DNA of 63,426 nt, counting the filler, from Reticulomyxa filosa (lineage: Eukaryota > Protista > Foraminifera): the NCBI GenBank assembly GCA_000512085.1. It is 18 parts of 18 records of this genome, joined end to end, with 100 filler letters (N's around TTAATTAATTAA, not from the genome) between each part and the next. Parts side by side here need not be neighbours in the genome. Positions count along the whole stretch, not along the records: positions 38,647 to 47,801 come from ASPP01012600.1; positions 47,902 to 53,938 come from ASPP01006744.1; 16 more parts are not named here. One strand, given 5' to 3'. A model generated the notes under the pieces. That model made no database searches. It was given only the letters and a program-made list of their open reading frames with translations, and was not told the origin of the DNA. Positions 38,698 through 51,211 of this stretch are shown here, piece by piece. Every line of letters starts with the position of its first letter. Position 1 is the stretch's first letter. Made by a program: the position numbers and the translations under genes.

Positions 38698-41600
38698 ATT
38701 AAGTGGCACAATTCCACCAGAAATTGGCAATTTAACTCAATTGGAAGCTATTTTTCTCGGTCAAAACGAGTTAAGAGAGATTGCACAAAGACAAACTTAT
38801 ACTCATCTTTTTTGCTCGTTTTCACTTTCATTTTCGTCTTTGTTTGATTGCTCTTTTTTTGAAACGCGAAAACAAAACAAGGGGAATAACTGGTACTCTA
38901 CCAGCGACAATTGGAAAGTTAAGCAACTTGGTCGAATTGGCTATTTCCAACGCAAAGTTAAAGTGAAATTTGTCAAATCTAAAGATTTGCACAAAAAGTA
39001 GAGTTTTGATTTTTGATTCAAATTAGGTTGACAGGTACAATACCTCGAGAAATTTGGAAGCTGAAGCAATTGCAAATCCTTTATTTGTATAAAAATCAGT
39101 TGAATAATATATATACATATATATATATATATGGGTTTATGTTTTTGTTAAATTTCACAATTAATTCTCTTTTTAACAAGATTGACCGGCACAATACCTC
39201 CAGTGATTGGGACGTTACATGAGTTGCGACAAGTGTATTTGTATGCAAATCAGCTGAGTGGCACTATACCCTCAGAAATTGGAAATCTGACTAAACTCGA
39301 GGAAATAGATATCCGTCGAAACAAGTTTGGTGGCAATTTTTAATTTTTTTTTTTTTTTTTTAATAAGTTTTTTCTAATTTGTTTGAATTGCAATAGTTTA
39401 ACAGGTACAATACCCTCACAAATTGAAAATCTGATTCTTTTAAGAATGTTAGTTCTGTCTCAAAACCAACTGACTGGGACTGTACCATCACAACTCCGAA
39501 AATTGGCCGCGTTGCAATTCTTTGGATTGTTTCATAATCAGTTTCGAATCACTCAAACAAAACGAAATATTTACAAAATAAATTAGCGAATGTATTGTGC
39601 AAATAAAACAAGGTTAACCGGATCTATACCATTAGATATTGGATATTTGAAGAGTTTATTGCAAATGAATTGGGGTACAAATAAGTTGAGTTATCAACTA
39701 TATATACATATATATATATATGTATATATGTATATATATATATATATGTATATATATATGTATATATGTATATATATGTATATATATGTATATATTTGCA
39801 AATGGAGTTTGTTTTGATTTTTATAGATTGACAGGATCAATACCTTCACAAATTGGCAATTTGAGCAGATTAAAACTACTCGTCTTGTCAAACAATGAGT
39901 TAAACAAAAAACTTTATTTTTGTAAGATAAAATTTGAATGACTGAAATTGTGAAAATAGATTGAGCGGCATTATACCCACACAAATTGGAAATTTAGTAA
40001 ATTTGACTCATCTGATATTGGATCATAATCAGCTGAGTGGAACCATACCAAAAACGATTGAGAATTTGCACACGTTACAATATTTGGTGCTGAATCATAA
40101 CAAGCTGAGTGGCGAGTTACCGGCATTACACAAACTACCGCCACTGACCATTGCCGCTGTCAATGATAACATGTTGAGCGGAACCATTCCATTCAATGGG
40201 AGTTTTAATTGGGATAATTTGAAAATTTTATCTATGGAAAATAATATGTTCAGTGGCAAGTTACCTAAATTACCGAATCAAATGAATACTACATCAATTT
40301 TTACATTCCACATGAATCAATTTTCAGATCACAATTTGCGTGAATGGTTAATATTTGTTTGTTTGTTTGTTTGTTTGTTTTTTGTGTTTTTTTTTTTTTT
40401 TTTAAATCAATAAAGCAAAAAGTATATATGTGTATATAAAGGTTGAATGAATTATTTTCAAAAGCATCAGCATTACAAATGTTGTCAATATATGGTAATC
40501 ATCAACTTATAGGACGACTTCCAAAATATTTGTATAATTCCAGTTTGACAATGTTCCTTGCACATGACTGTGGAATAAATGGACTTCTACCTTGGGGTGA
40601 TGCGCAAGGGAATATTTCGTTTGCCACTTTATCGAAGAATCGTTTATCTGGTCCAATGCCTAATAGATTATTTCGATCAAGCAATTTCAGTGCGATAAAT
40701 AATGTCACTGTGGATTACTCTGATTCGGGTTCTGTTTTTGTTTTGAATAAAGTATCCCAAAAAAAAAAAGTCAAAAATGGAACAACTAAATTATGAACAG
40801 AGCTGAAATTAGTGTTCAATATTTCAACGAAATTGAAGAATGGATTATATTTATTAGGCAATCGATTTTCACAAGGCAAAAGATGGTATAAAGTATTTAA
40901 GAATCAACCATTGCCAAATTACGTGTCAAGTGAGGAAAGAAATGCAAAAAATTTGTATGTCACAAATGGCAGTGTATTTATAGAGGCATTGTTAATTGGA
41001 GCTGTGATTATAGCCACTTTGATATTGTTTTTTCGCCAATTCAAAAGAATTCCATTTATAAAACGATGGTGTGGAGATAGACGTATTTGTGGTTCGAGAC
41101 GAGCAAGACTTCCAAAGCATCCTGGATTTAGGCAAATGAAAGCATTATTACTATGGCTAAACAATTGGCTTGAAACAATGATAATAATTGCATTGGTGCT
41201 GATCTATGAATTGCATGCTACATATTATGAAAGAGGATATCCATTGTCGCATGTGTCATTGGCTTATTTTGAAAATTCATCTTTGGCGTTGACAATTATC
41301 CTGATGTTTATTGTTTTATTATCCAATTGCGTGGTTTTAATTTATGTATTTCGATGGAGAATGAAAACTTCATTTTTAACTACTAATACAACTAATAATG
41401 CATCTGATTACAAATTATATCCATTTACTTGGCAAAAAGCAGTAATGTTTGCAATTGCATTTGCTCAATGGTGTTTAGCAGTAACATGTGTCGTAATGTA
41501 TTTTGCATTCGAATCCTTTCCGGATAATAATACATTAAATATATCTTCATCGTTGCTTTATTTCATTCATGTTGTCATGTCTTTGGTATTGTCATTGCAT

Positions 41601-42777
41601 AATTCTTTCGTTTCACCAAATCTTGCTTTTTATACCGTTGAGTTTATTTTCTATTTTGGAGGAATCGAAAATCGTGTATTGGCTCGAAAAGCCAGAGGTT
41701 ATTTGGCTTTATTGTTACGAACTTTGGTGTGCATTTTAATCCCTCTTATTCTTGCTTTGTATTTTTATAGTGATTGTGGTGGAAAATGGATTCAGTACTG
41801 GGATACCTGCAATCAACAAGATATGAATGGGACCATTGTTTCTTATCAATGGAGTTACAATGAAAGTAATACAACTTGGACTATCGACAACAACGAAGTG
41901 GTATTAGATTGGGGTAATTTATGCCAAATTCAAGATTTTCAAATTGGTTTAAAAATATATATATGTATATGTACATATACATAACCAATTATTTTTGTTT
42001 ATTTGTTTGTTAATTAATTAATTTTAAAAAAAAGGTGGATGCATTCGTGAAATTATTGAAAAGTGGGGGAATGTGATGGTTATCAAAATGGCAATTAATA
42101 TATTTACACCATGGGCTTCAATTTTAATAAACAGTTGTATTTCTCGCATTCAGTGCCAATACTGTCCATTGGACAATGGATCATCTATGAAATTGAGCTT
42201 TCAAACAGTAAGTTTGTTTGCAAATGTAGAGTTAGTGGTGTTATTGGGATTATTTTGTCCTCTTATTGTACCATTATGCGCAATGGTGATTATATCCAAT
42301 ATTTTGAAATTCCAGTATTTATTGAATAAAAAAAACCCAACGATTTTCACGACTTATTGAAAGTAAGTTTATTGGATAATGACAACAGTGATAACAATAA
42401 TGATTACAAATCTTATTACAAGTTATCCAAAGAAGCTCCTTTATTTCCAGTATCTATGTTGATTGGGCCTTTTCTATTTCAACAAGCCACTTGGGTGTTA
42501 TCTGCTGCTTTTGGTGATGAAATGTATATCCATCCACGTGCCGTGAAGATCACTTTTTGTGTTGGATTTATCACAATGGATATTTGTTTTGTACTGGCTA
42601 TTATCGCTTCAAGATATTCTTTTTGCAATTTCAATCGAAAACGCAAAGAAGGTTTGATTTCATTTTATTTGTATCGATTTTTTTTAATTACTATTTTTTA
42701 ACATACTCTCGAAAAAAAAAGGAGGAACAGAATTAGTACAACTTGGTATCAAAAAAGAAGATATTTCGACAGAATAA
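38698..42777 (+). CDS. Plant-type LRR ectodomain + ~11-TM membrane protein, 5' truncated
   Basis: At least 13 LxxLxLxxNxL(S/T)GxIP repeats in exons of 72/75/144 nt; N-glycosylation sequons; about 11 hydrophobic segments; A-run frameshift near 42330. Confidence 0.9.
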
Positions 42778-43884
42778 AATATCTTGAATTTAATTTTTTT
42801 GTCTCCTTTCTATGTCCTTTTTTTTCACTGTTGATAATTCTTGATTTTTCTTTGCTCAAAATTGTCCTGTGTGCACTGCTTTCTTCTAAGCAAATGTAAG
42901 ATATTGCTGACAACTTTGTAATCTGTAATGTAGTCAAAAAAAACCACACTATCGTTATTGCAAACTATATTCTTCTTTAATATTAAAAAAAACACTGTAA
43001 GAATATCCATATATTTTTTTTGAAAAGTCACAACCAGTTTCTTGATAATTGGACGCATGACATAATAGTATAAATATACTGTTGACGTTGTACACATATA
43101 CAAGTTTGAAATTGTCGCTTATGATGTTTTAAAGACTTACATTATGTCATCACTCAGATCGAGTTGTATCGTGTACACTGTTAGAACAACATGGTATTTG
43201 ATGAAACATACACATTATTATCAAACTATAGCGTCCTTCCAACTAATTTATTTCATGTATTTATGTATTTCTTTTTCTGGTTAATTCATATTTATAATAC
43301 AGTATCGCCTTTTACAAAGTTTTTTCACATTTTGTGTTTTTATATAAATAGATTAATAAATTATTTTACAATATGGTAAAGATTGACAAAAATTAGCAAA
43401 TTGCACTGTTTATGTTTTTTAATTTGCTATAAATAATTTTCTTTGTCAGGTATAAACTTTTTATCTTTCAATTTATAAATCCAATCCTTACCAAGCATAT
43501 TTGTTGTTCAAAAGGATTTAGTCAATCTAATTGTAGAACATTCTTTAATCTTTTTCTTTAGTGCACTTATTGTTTATACTTCAAAATGATTTGATTATTC
43601 TTTTTTTGTTTGGAAGACCCTTTTAAACAATTTTAAAAAACACAATATGTTTTTTTCTGCTTGATAAAGTAATATTGTTCATTGATGATAAACACAATTG
43701 CACATATTTGTTTAATATTTTCTATCATATTGTTTGAAGGAGATTATAAAACCAAATTTTTAAAAGCGTTTCATTGAAATAATTAGTTTGAAAATCTCGT
43801 TTGTGACGTCATATGAAAAATGCGATAATAGTTGTTTAATTATTATTTATTTTTGTCAATTATACAATTAGGCTTTCAATAATA

Positions 43885-46427
43885 ATGGTAATCTATGTTG
43901 TTTTTAAAAAATGCAAAAAAAAAATATTGATGTACAATAAATTGACCTGATTCAGAACACAAGAATTTTGGTTTATAAAACAAGGCTAATAAAAATTTTG
44001 CAATCAAAACAAGCAAATAAAGTAAATATAGTGGAAGAATTATTAAAAAAATATCCTGGGCGTGAACATGAAGTATATTTAAAAGTGTGTGAAAAATACG
44101 GAATTGTTCCAGAATCAGAATGGGTTCCTGGGGATATTCAATGTACTACCGCTGCAGCTACTACAAAAAAAGAAAATAAAATATTGAATAAAACTACTGA
44201 AAATTTGAATGTACAAGAAAAGCCAAAAAATTCTACACAACCTATTCAAGTAGTTACAAAAACATCGTCATCACAGATACAAAACAATACAAATGATAAT
44301 AATGATGACGAGAATTATTCAGAAGATTTTGAAAATTATAGTGACGACTTTGAAACAGAAGATACATCAGAATCAACAGAATCAGCAACATCTCCTCCTC
44401 ATTCAATATCTGTTCCACAAACATCAAAACCTAACGAAATTATTGATGACAACACTGTTAAAGTATTATTTTTATGTATTAGGTATAAAAAGCAAGTTCA
44501 TAAATAAGTAACATAATTGTTAAAGGAAAAAAGTTGTGCAGAGACAGAAATAAAACCAAAGGACGATGATATAAAATCAAATGATAATGACATAAATGAT
44601 ACAAAGCCTATTGATATATCTTATTTTTTATTTCAACAAAAAGATACATTTACAAATTTCTTACAAAATTGCAAAGAAGAAATTATGTCACACGGCGTTC
44701 AATCTTTATCCTCAATATCTCATGACTGCCAAGTTTAAAAAAAGATATATACATAATATATATATAATATATATGTATATAATTATAATATAATAGACTC
44801 TTTCCAAATTAAAAATAGAGCATGGAACACAATATACATATTGTAATCCAGAAACAGAACCAAAAAATAAATATAATAATGATAGCAAGCTTCAAAATTT
44901 TTTAAGAAAATGCGCTCCAGTAATTGAGCAATTATTAGAATTAAATCAAAGTACAAAAATGAAATCAAATATAAATATAGGAGAATCTTTTTCAGATATT
45001 ACAAAAAATAGATATATTACAAATGTTGTGTTTCATACAACTAAATTAAATATTGTCGCTATTATTTATTCAAAAATTAATGTCCAACAATCTAATGAAG
45101 AAACGATAATAATAAAAAACGATGGACTAATTTGTGTATGGGATATAAAAAAACCAAAAGTACCACTTCAGTTAATGAAATATGTGTATATACTTATTTC
45201 AATAAAAAAATGTAGACATATATATTATAGTATATTAGTATCAAATGATGTTATAAAGTGTCTTTGTTTTGATCCTTATGATGGACACTACATAATTGGT
45301 GGACGTGAAAATGGATGTTTATCTGTTTGGAATTTATTTGAAAATAATTATGACGATAATAACAATAATAAATTAAAATACCCAATATTTGATAGTGAAT
45401 GTTACTGGAATTTAAATCACTCATGTAGTATTCTACAAATAATACATAATACTGAACAAAATTACAATTACAATAATACATTATTAAATATAATTGATAA
45501 CAGCAAACAAAAACAAATTGTGAACAAATTTACGCTTTATTCTTTAGATAACAGTGGAATGATTAATATATGGAATGTAATTGAATATAAGCATGATGAT
45601 TTTGCGCATGGTAATATTTTAACTGATTTTATACAAATTGTACCTTATTATCAAATAAATTGTATTCAAAATAAAATACCAAAATATTTACAACAACAAA
45701 TTAATAAACATTGTTGTATTACACTTCAAAATAATGATAAAATATTCATTGCAATCAATGAGTTTATTTATTTTGTAGATTTGACGCAGCAATTTAAAAT
45801 TATTCATATTTTTCAGTTATCTAATTATAACGAATTTTCAAATGGATGTGCTACCTGTATAGCTGTTTTGTTTATATTTATATCTTTTTTTTTTTTAATT
45901 TAAGATATTATTCATCATTTTTTTTTTATTTTATTGAATAGACCAATGATAAATATAGTCATAATTTTTTAGTTGGATTTGATAATGGAAATATTTGGTA
46001 ATTATATTTATATATTAACATATTTTTCTATGCACATACAGCCATATACATACATATCATATTGTCTCTTTTTGTAATAGTTTATTCAATTTCTCTCAAC
46101 ATAAACCATTATGCACGTGGACCAGTAACACTAACACAATGGTGCAATCAATTTGTTGGTTAAATGCTGATACTTTTTTAGTGGTATTAGAAAGTGGATA
46201 TATTCAAATGTGGAATTCTGATATTAATTCTCAGGTATCAATTTTTTTTTTAATAAAAATCATATACGTATAACATACAATCCATAAATAATTCATGCAT
46301 ATAATTTGTATAGAAACCATTATGGTCCAAACAGACAAAATGTAAACATCATTTTACTGTTACTTCCACTAATGGCTATGGATGCTTTTTGGAAGATGAT
46401 ACATTATTACATATTTTTCAAATTTAG
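43885..46427 (+). CDS. WDR60/DYNC2I1-like dynein-2 intermediate chain
   Basis: NYSEDFENYSDDFE, KLQNFLRKCAPVIEQLLE, GLICVWDIKKP, IIGGRENGCLSVWNL, SLDNSGMINIW. Confidence 0.65.
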
Positions 46428-46746
46428 TAATTCAATTTTGCGTTTCGGATTTCAAACCAAAAAAATCCATTGCAACTTATTTTTTTCATTCATTTTAAAT
46501 TATGCTTTCACTTTTTTTAAACATAAACTAGATTCTTGATTTTTTTCTGCAAAATTTCTAAATTTTTGTATGAACAAAAAATTTCAGCACTAGAAACCGC
46601 ACGAGTACAAAGTCCCGCCTTCAAAAGGGGATTAAAAATCAAAGTAGAATTATTTATATTTTTTAATTAATAATCCATCGTACAATTTGTTTATCATTGT
46701 TGCCTCAATTATCCAAGACATTAGTAACATTCGGTGAAAAGTGACC

Positions 46747-47493
46747 ATGTTCAAAAAGTAATATTGGGAAAGGGGTGGGAAGAGAAGACAGCTCTTGCGT
46801 TTGTTTGCAGGCAAATTTGCACAAGACAAAAAGAAAGTGATATTGATGGATGGAAACAGATTTTCCCGCGAAAGTGTGTCAGCAAACAATCGTGCGAAAA
46901 CTTCAGTAATCCGAACAATAAAAAAGGAAATCTTGGATTGTTATCCTTCGTTGACAGAGTATATGGAAGAAGTATTTCCAAAAAAAGGGGTAATGAATAC
47001 AGCAACAGCAAAGACAGCAGGGACCAAAGTGACTTTTATAATGGACGAAGACATGAATATTCTTTTTTTCCAAATCCGAGAAGAAAAGCCAATTCCAACA
47101 CTTCGCACTTTGCACAAATGTAAAAAAAAAATTCAATAAATTAATAAATAAAAAAAAAGGGACCCCATTTTCGCTCATACCAAAATCTATATGTGTGTAA
47201 AATAAACAGTTCCCAACTTGTTGCCAAAGTTTCAAGTAGATAAAGGTGCAATCCCATTTGTGCTAAAAGGATCGGATATATTTTGCCGTGGGTTGACCAG
47301 CAAAGGAGGGAAAATGGACGAAGTTACCAAAGACACTGTCGTGGCCATTTATGCCGAAGGCCGAGTTCATGCGTGTGCCATTGGCACTACGTTAATGGAC
47401 ACCAAAACCATTCGCGAAGTAAACGATGGCATTGCTGTGACACAATACAACTACTTGGGGGATGGCTTGTGGAAATTACCTCATTTGCGATAA
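46747..47493 (+). CDS. MCTS1: MCT-1/TMA20 PUA-domain translation factor, 3 exons
   Basis: MFKK|F...PTLRTLHK|FP..LPKFQVDKGAIPFVLKGSDIFCRGLTS...NYLGDGLW. Confidence 0.95.
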
Positions 47494-48009
47494 GCTTTTT
47501 GTTGTTTCCGTAATACATTGAATTTTATCTCTCTCTTCTCCAAGCTTTCTTTATTGAGATGAACTTTATTGTCCCCTTTTTTTTTTTATAAAAGATTAGA
47601 ATTAAAAAAAAAGTTAATAAAATTGCGACAAAACCTTTTTGGTTTTGTGATTGCTTTGTTCCTCACAAATCGAATCAAATGTGTCATTCTCCATGATGGT
47701 ATATAATTCAAGCATGTTTGCAAAACACAAAGCAAGCCATATCAACTATTTTCTTATTTGTCCATTGCATTAGTTAGTCGTTAGAATTGATCCAAGCCAA
47801 ANNNNNNNNNNNNNNNNNNNNNNNNNNNNNNNNNNNNNNNNNNNNTTAATTAATTAANNNNNNNNNNNNNNNNNNNNNNNNNNNNNNNNNNNNNNNNNNN
47901 NGTATACATATATACATACATATACGTATACATATATATATATATATATATGTATACGTATATGTATATATGTATACTTATATAAATATATATACATATA
48001 TGTACAAAC

Positions 48010-48718
48010 CGGGATAAATGTCATTTGTAATTTTATAAAAAGGACTGTGATCATGGATATTGACAATAGCAATGCCTTGCACGGTGTTGGACAAGTGATC
48101 ATGATGGACTTGGGACAGACGAAGCCGAGCGACTTCCAGGCCGTCCCAAGGACGGACGACGTGATCTTCGTGACTGTGATAACTGTGCAACAAGGGCAAG
48201 ATGAACGACGATGGTATGGCAAAAGCCAGTCCGATGTTGACGCCAATGGGACTGGCGATACTGGTGTTGATACCAATCAGCTTCTTGCTTTTCGTGTCGA
48301 TTAAGGCCCCACCGCTGTTGCCTTGATTGATACTTGCGTTGGTTTGAAACACAGGCAAATACGGGTTATTTGATAGCGGCAAGTTCTGACTCGATCCAAG
48401 CAACGACTTGCCAATGTCGACTCGACCTTCTTCATCGACGTCGTTTGAGTCGTCCATGCCTACAAAGGGGTTCACTGGCTCCACATTGCTCGCCTGCGCC
48501 CTCCCTATAAAACTAACTATCCCGTCCGTCACCGTGTTGGAACCGAAAGGGTTTGAGCCTATCGCCAACACCGAGTTACCCACTTTCATCGTCATCGGGT
48601 CGCCTATCTCTATCGATGGCAATATGTCATTTGATTTCTCTTTGCTTTTTTTTATACGAAGTAATGCCAGGTCATTCAATTCATCACTTAGTACACACTC
48701 TGTTTCAAAGATCCTAAG

Positions 48719-48749
<31 letters not shown>

Positions 48750-49490
48750 TACGTATACATATAGATATGTGTATATACGTATACACATACATATATGTAT
48801 ACGTATGTATATACGTATATGTACATATCTATATGTATACGTATGTATATACGTATATACATATATATTATATGTATATAAACACCTGCCATCAAATAAA
48901 GTAATACTTATTTTCTTGGCGGAATTGTTATGTGCACGTTTATAATTTCCGAATGCACTAATGAACTGATCATTTGGGGGGTGACTTACAACATGCGCAT
49001 TGGTGACGATCAATCCCTCGACTCCGTCTATGACCACTCCACTTCCCAAGGATATGCTTGGAGGGACGGCAAATGTGAACGGGCCAATATGTCCAATCTG
49101 TCTATGACTAGGATCGCCTTCCATCACTGTTATGTTCACGACTGATTGCAGTAAATTCTCAATGTCGTCCGATGAACACAATGACGTCGCTGTCGATGTC
49201 GCCACCCCGGTCATTGTCTTCTCTCCTCCCTTTCCGCTTATCTCACTACTACTGATCGTGTCTCGAGGTGTTGTCGGTGTATTGCCACTTACGCTTCCTA
49301 GTGTAGACAAGGCTTGCGACACTCGTCCCACCGTTTCTTCCATTCGGTTCACTTGGCTTTTTGTCGCTTTTTCCAACTCTTCCACCTTTACCAGTTTTCT
49401 TGACAAACTGTCATGGACGTGATATGCATACGACATACTCGCCATTGCTAATAATGGAGCAAAATAACGGCTTACTTTGCCAGTAAACAT
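48010..49490 (-). CDS. HtrA/DegP serine protease, 3' truncated in the PDZ domain
   Basis: [34 protein letters not shown]; one intron at about 48716-48884. Confidence 0.95.
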
Positions 49491-50062
49491 CTTTTTTTTT
49501 TGCTCTCTGCTCTTTATTTAATTTGCAACTCACTATTGTCTCCTGAAAATTTTTGAAATTTTTGTGCATTTTTAAAAGAACTTTTAAAGAAAAGTTGATT
49601 TTTCTAATATTAAGAGACTTTGACCTGATTCCTACTCATTTCTTTGCAGAATTTAACTAGATTAAACTCTCTGGTCAATACTTTTAAATGTCTTAATTCG
49701 GAAATGTTTTAAGTTTACTGCATCACCGTGATTTGTTTTAATCAGAAACTGTTTTTATTTTTAATTTAACGTAAAACAGATAAAATCAATACCTGTATTA
49801 CTTACCTGTGCCGATATACTACACAATAGTTGCAGTTTTGTGTTTGCATAGAAGTTATGAAAACAAAAGACGATCTACCAAGCCATTTTTTCAAATATAA
49901 TAACAGATAGCGAAGAAAAAAAGTGAAAAGATATAAATTTTCAAATGCTTAAGTTTGTTTAAAATTTACGGTGCTTAAAAAAAAGATAAGCTAGGAATCA
50001 TTCAAAAGGGGAAATAACTGTCAAAAGTGACAGAAATTTTTCTCTAATAAAATATTATCATC

Positions 50063-50834
50063 ATGTCCAGATCAGGATCTGGTCCAAAAAAGAAACGTAA
50101 TCAAAAACAAAAAAATAATGGACTCTCATTTGATACAGATTCACAAGCAGACACGGAAGAGCATTTTTCCATAGCAAAGCGAATACCTCTCTATCGCTCT
50201 CAATCATTTCCAGTGTTGAGCGTGGACTTTGCAGATTTTTATGGATTTTGGTTGTTTTATGCATGTCTTGTGCTCATGGTATGGTGGATTGTCAAAGCAG
50301 TTCCCTCTTCCATTCGTTTAGGCGCCCCGCCACTTACCCTTGTCAATCTACTCCATTGCTTTGTTACGTTGCCATTTTTTTTTTTTTGAAAATGATTGAA
50401 ACTTTCAACTTTTTTTTTTATACAAAAAAAAAAAAAATGGTAACATGTAGATAACATTTTGGTTAATGCATTGGCGTCGAGGGACGATGGACCCTTTTGA
50501 TGGTGGAGTGTACGACCAAGGCACATTTTGGGAATTGTTAGACAACGGCCGACACTACACACCTGGCAAAAAAATTTTTCACAATTATACCTATGCTATT
50601 GTTTAGTTGTTTTTTTTTAAATTCTTTAAAAAGGGATATCCCCACACTGATCTGTTCAAAAAAAAACTATGCACACATTACAAAATAAATAAATAAATAA
50701 GATGTCTGGCAGCATGCTACGAACAAGAATGGAAGAAGAGATACTACGTTGCCAACGTCGTTGCTTTACTTCTTTGTTTGATACCTAAACATCCTTCGTT
50801 ATATGGAATTCGTTTGTTTGGTGTGAATGCATGA
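50063..50834 (+). CDS. ORMDL: ORMDL/Orm sphingolipid regulator, 3 exons
   Basis: TLVNLLHCF|ITFWLMHWRRGT...TFWELLDNGRHYTPGKKFFTIIP...LIPKHPSLYGIRLFGVN. Confidence 0.95.
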
Positions 50835-51211
50835 ACGTTGTTGTCCACGTTCCCACCCCAATTTTTTTTTTTAAAATTTCTTTTTTTTTTAAAAAAAAAA
50901 AGATTGAAAATTTGGTCCTCACAAGTATCCCCATGTTTTTTTAACAGCCAACAAAATGGTACCTAATATTGTGAAGGTTTGGGACTGTTGTTGGAAAGTA
51001 CGAATGAATATTTGTTTTTTTTTTCCTTCCCTCTCACAACGAGAGAGCCACTAGGATAGAGAGAGACTTGAAAACGAAGCTTTTGATGTCATCAGCAACA
51101 AATAATATATAATGATAATAGTTAACAAAAATAAGCCGTTTAAAAAAAAAAATAAATTTGAACGTTCAAGAAGGGGCATCCCCCCTCCCATTTTGAGCAT
51201 AAACAAGACGC

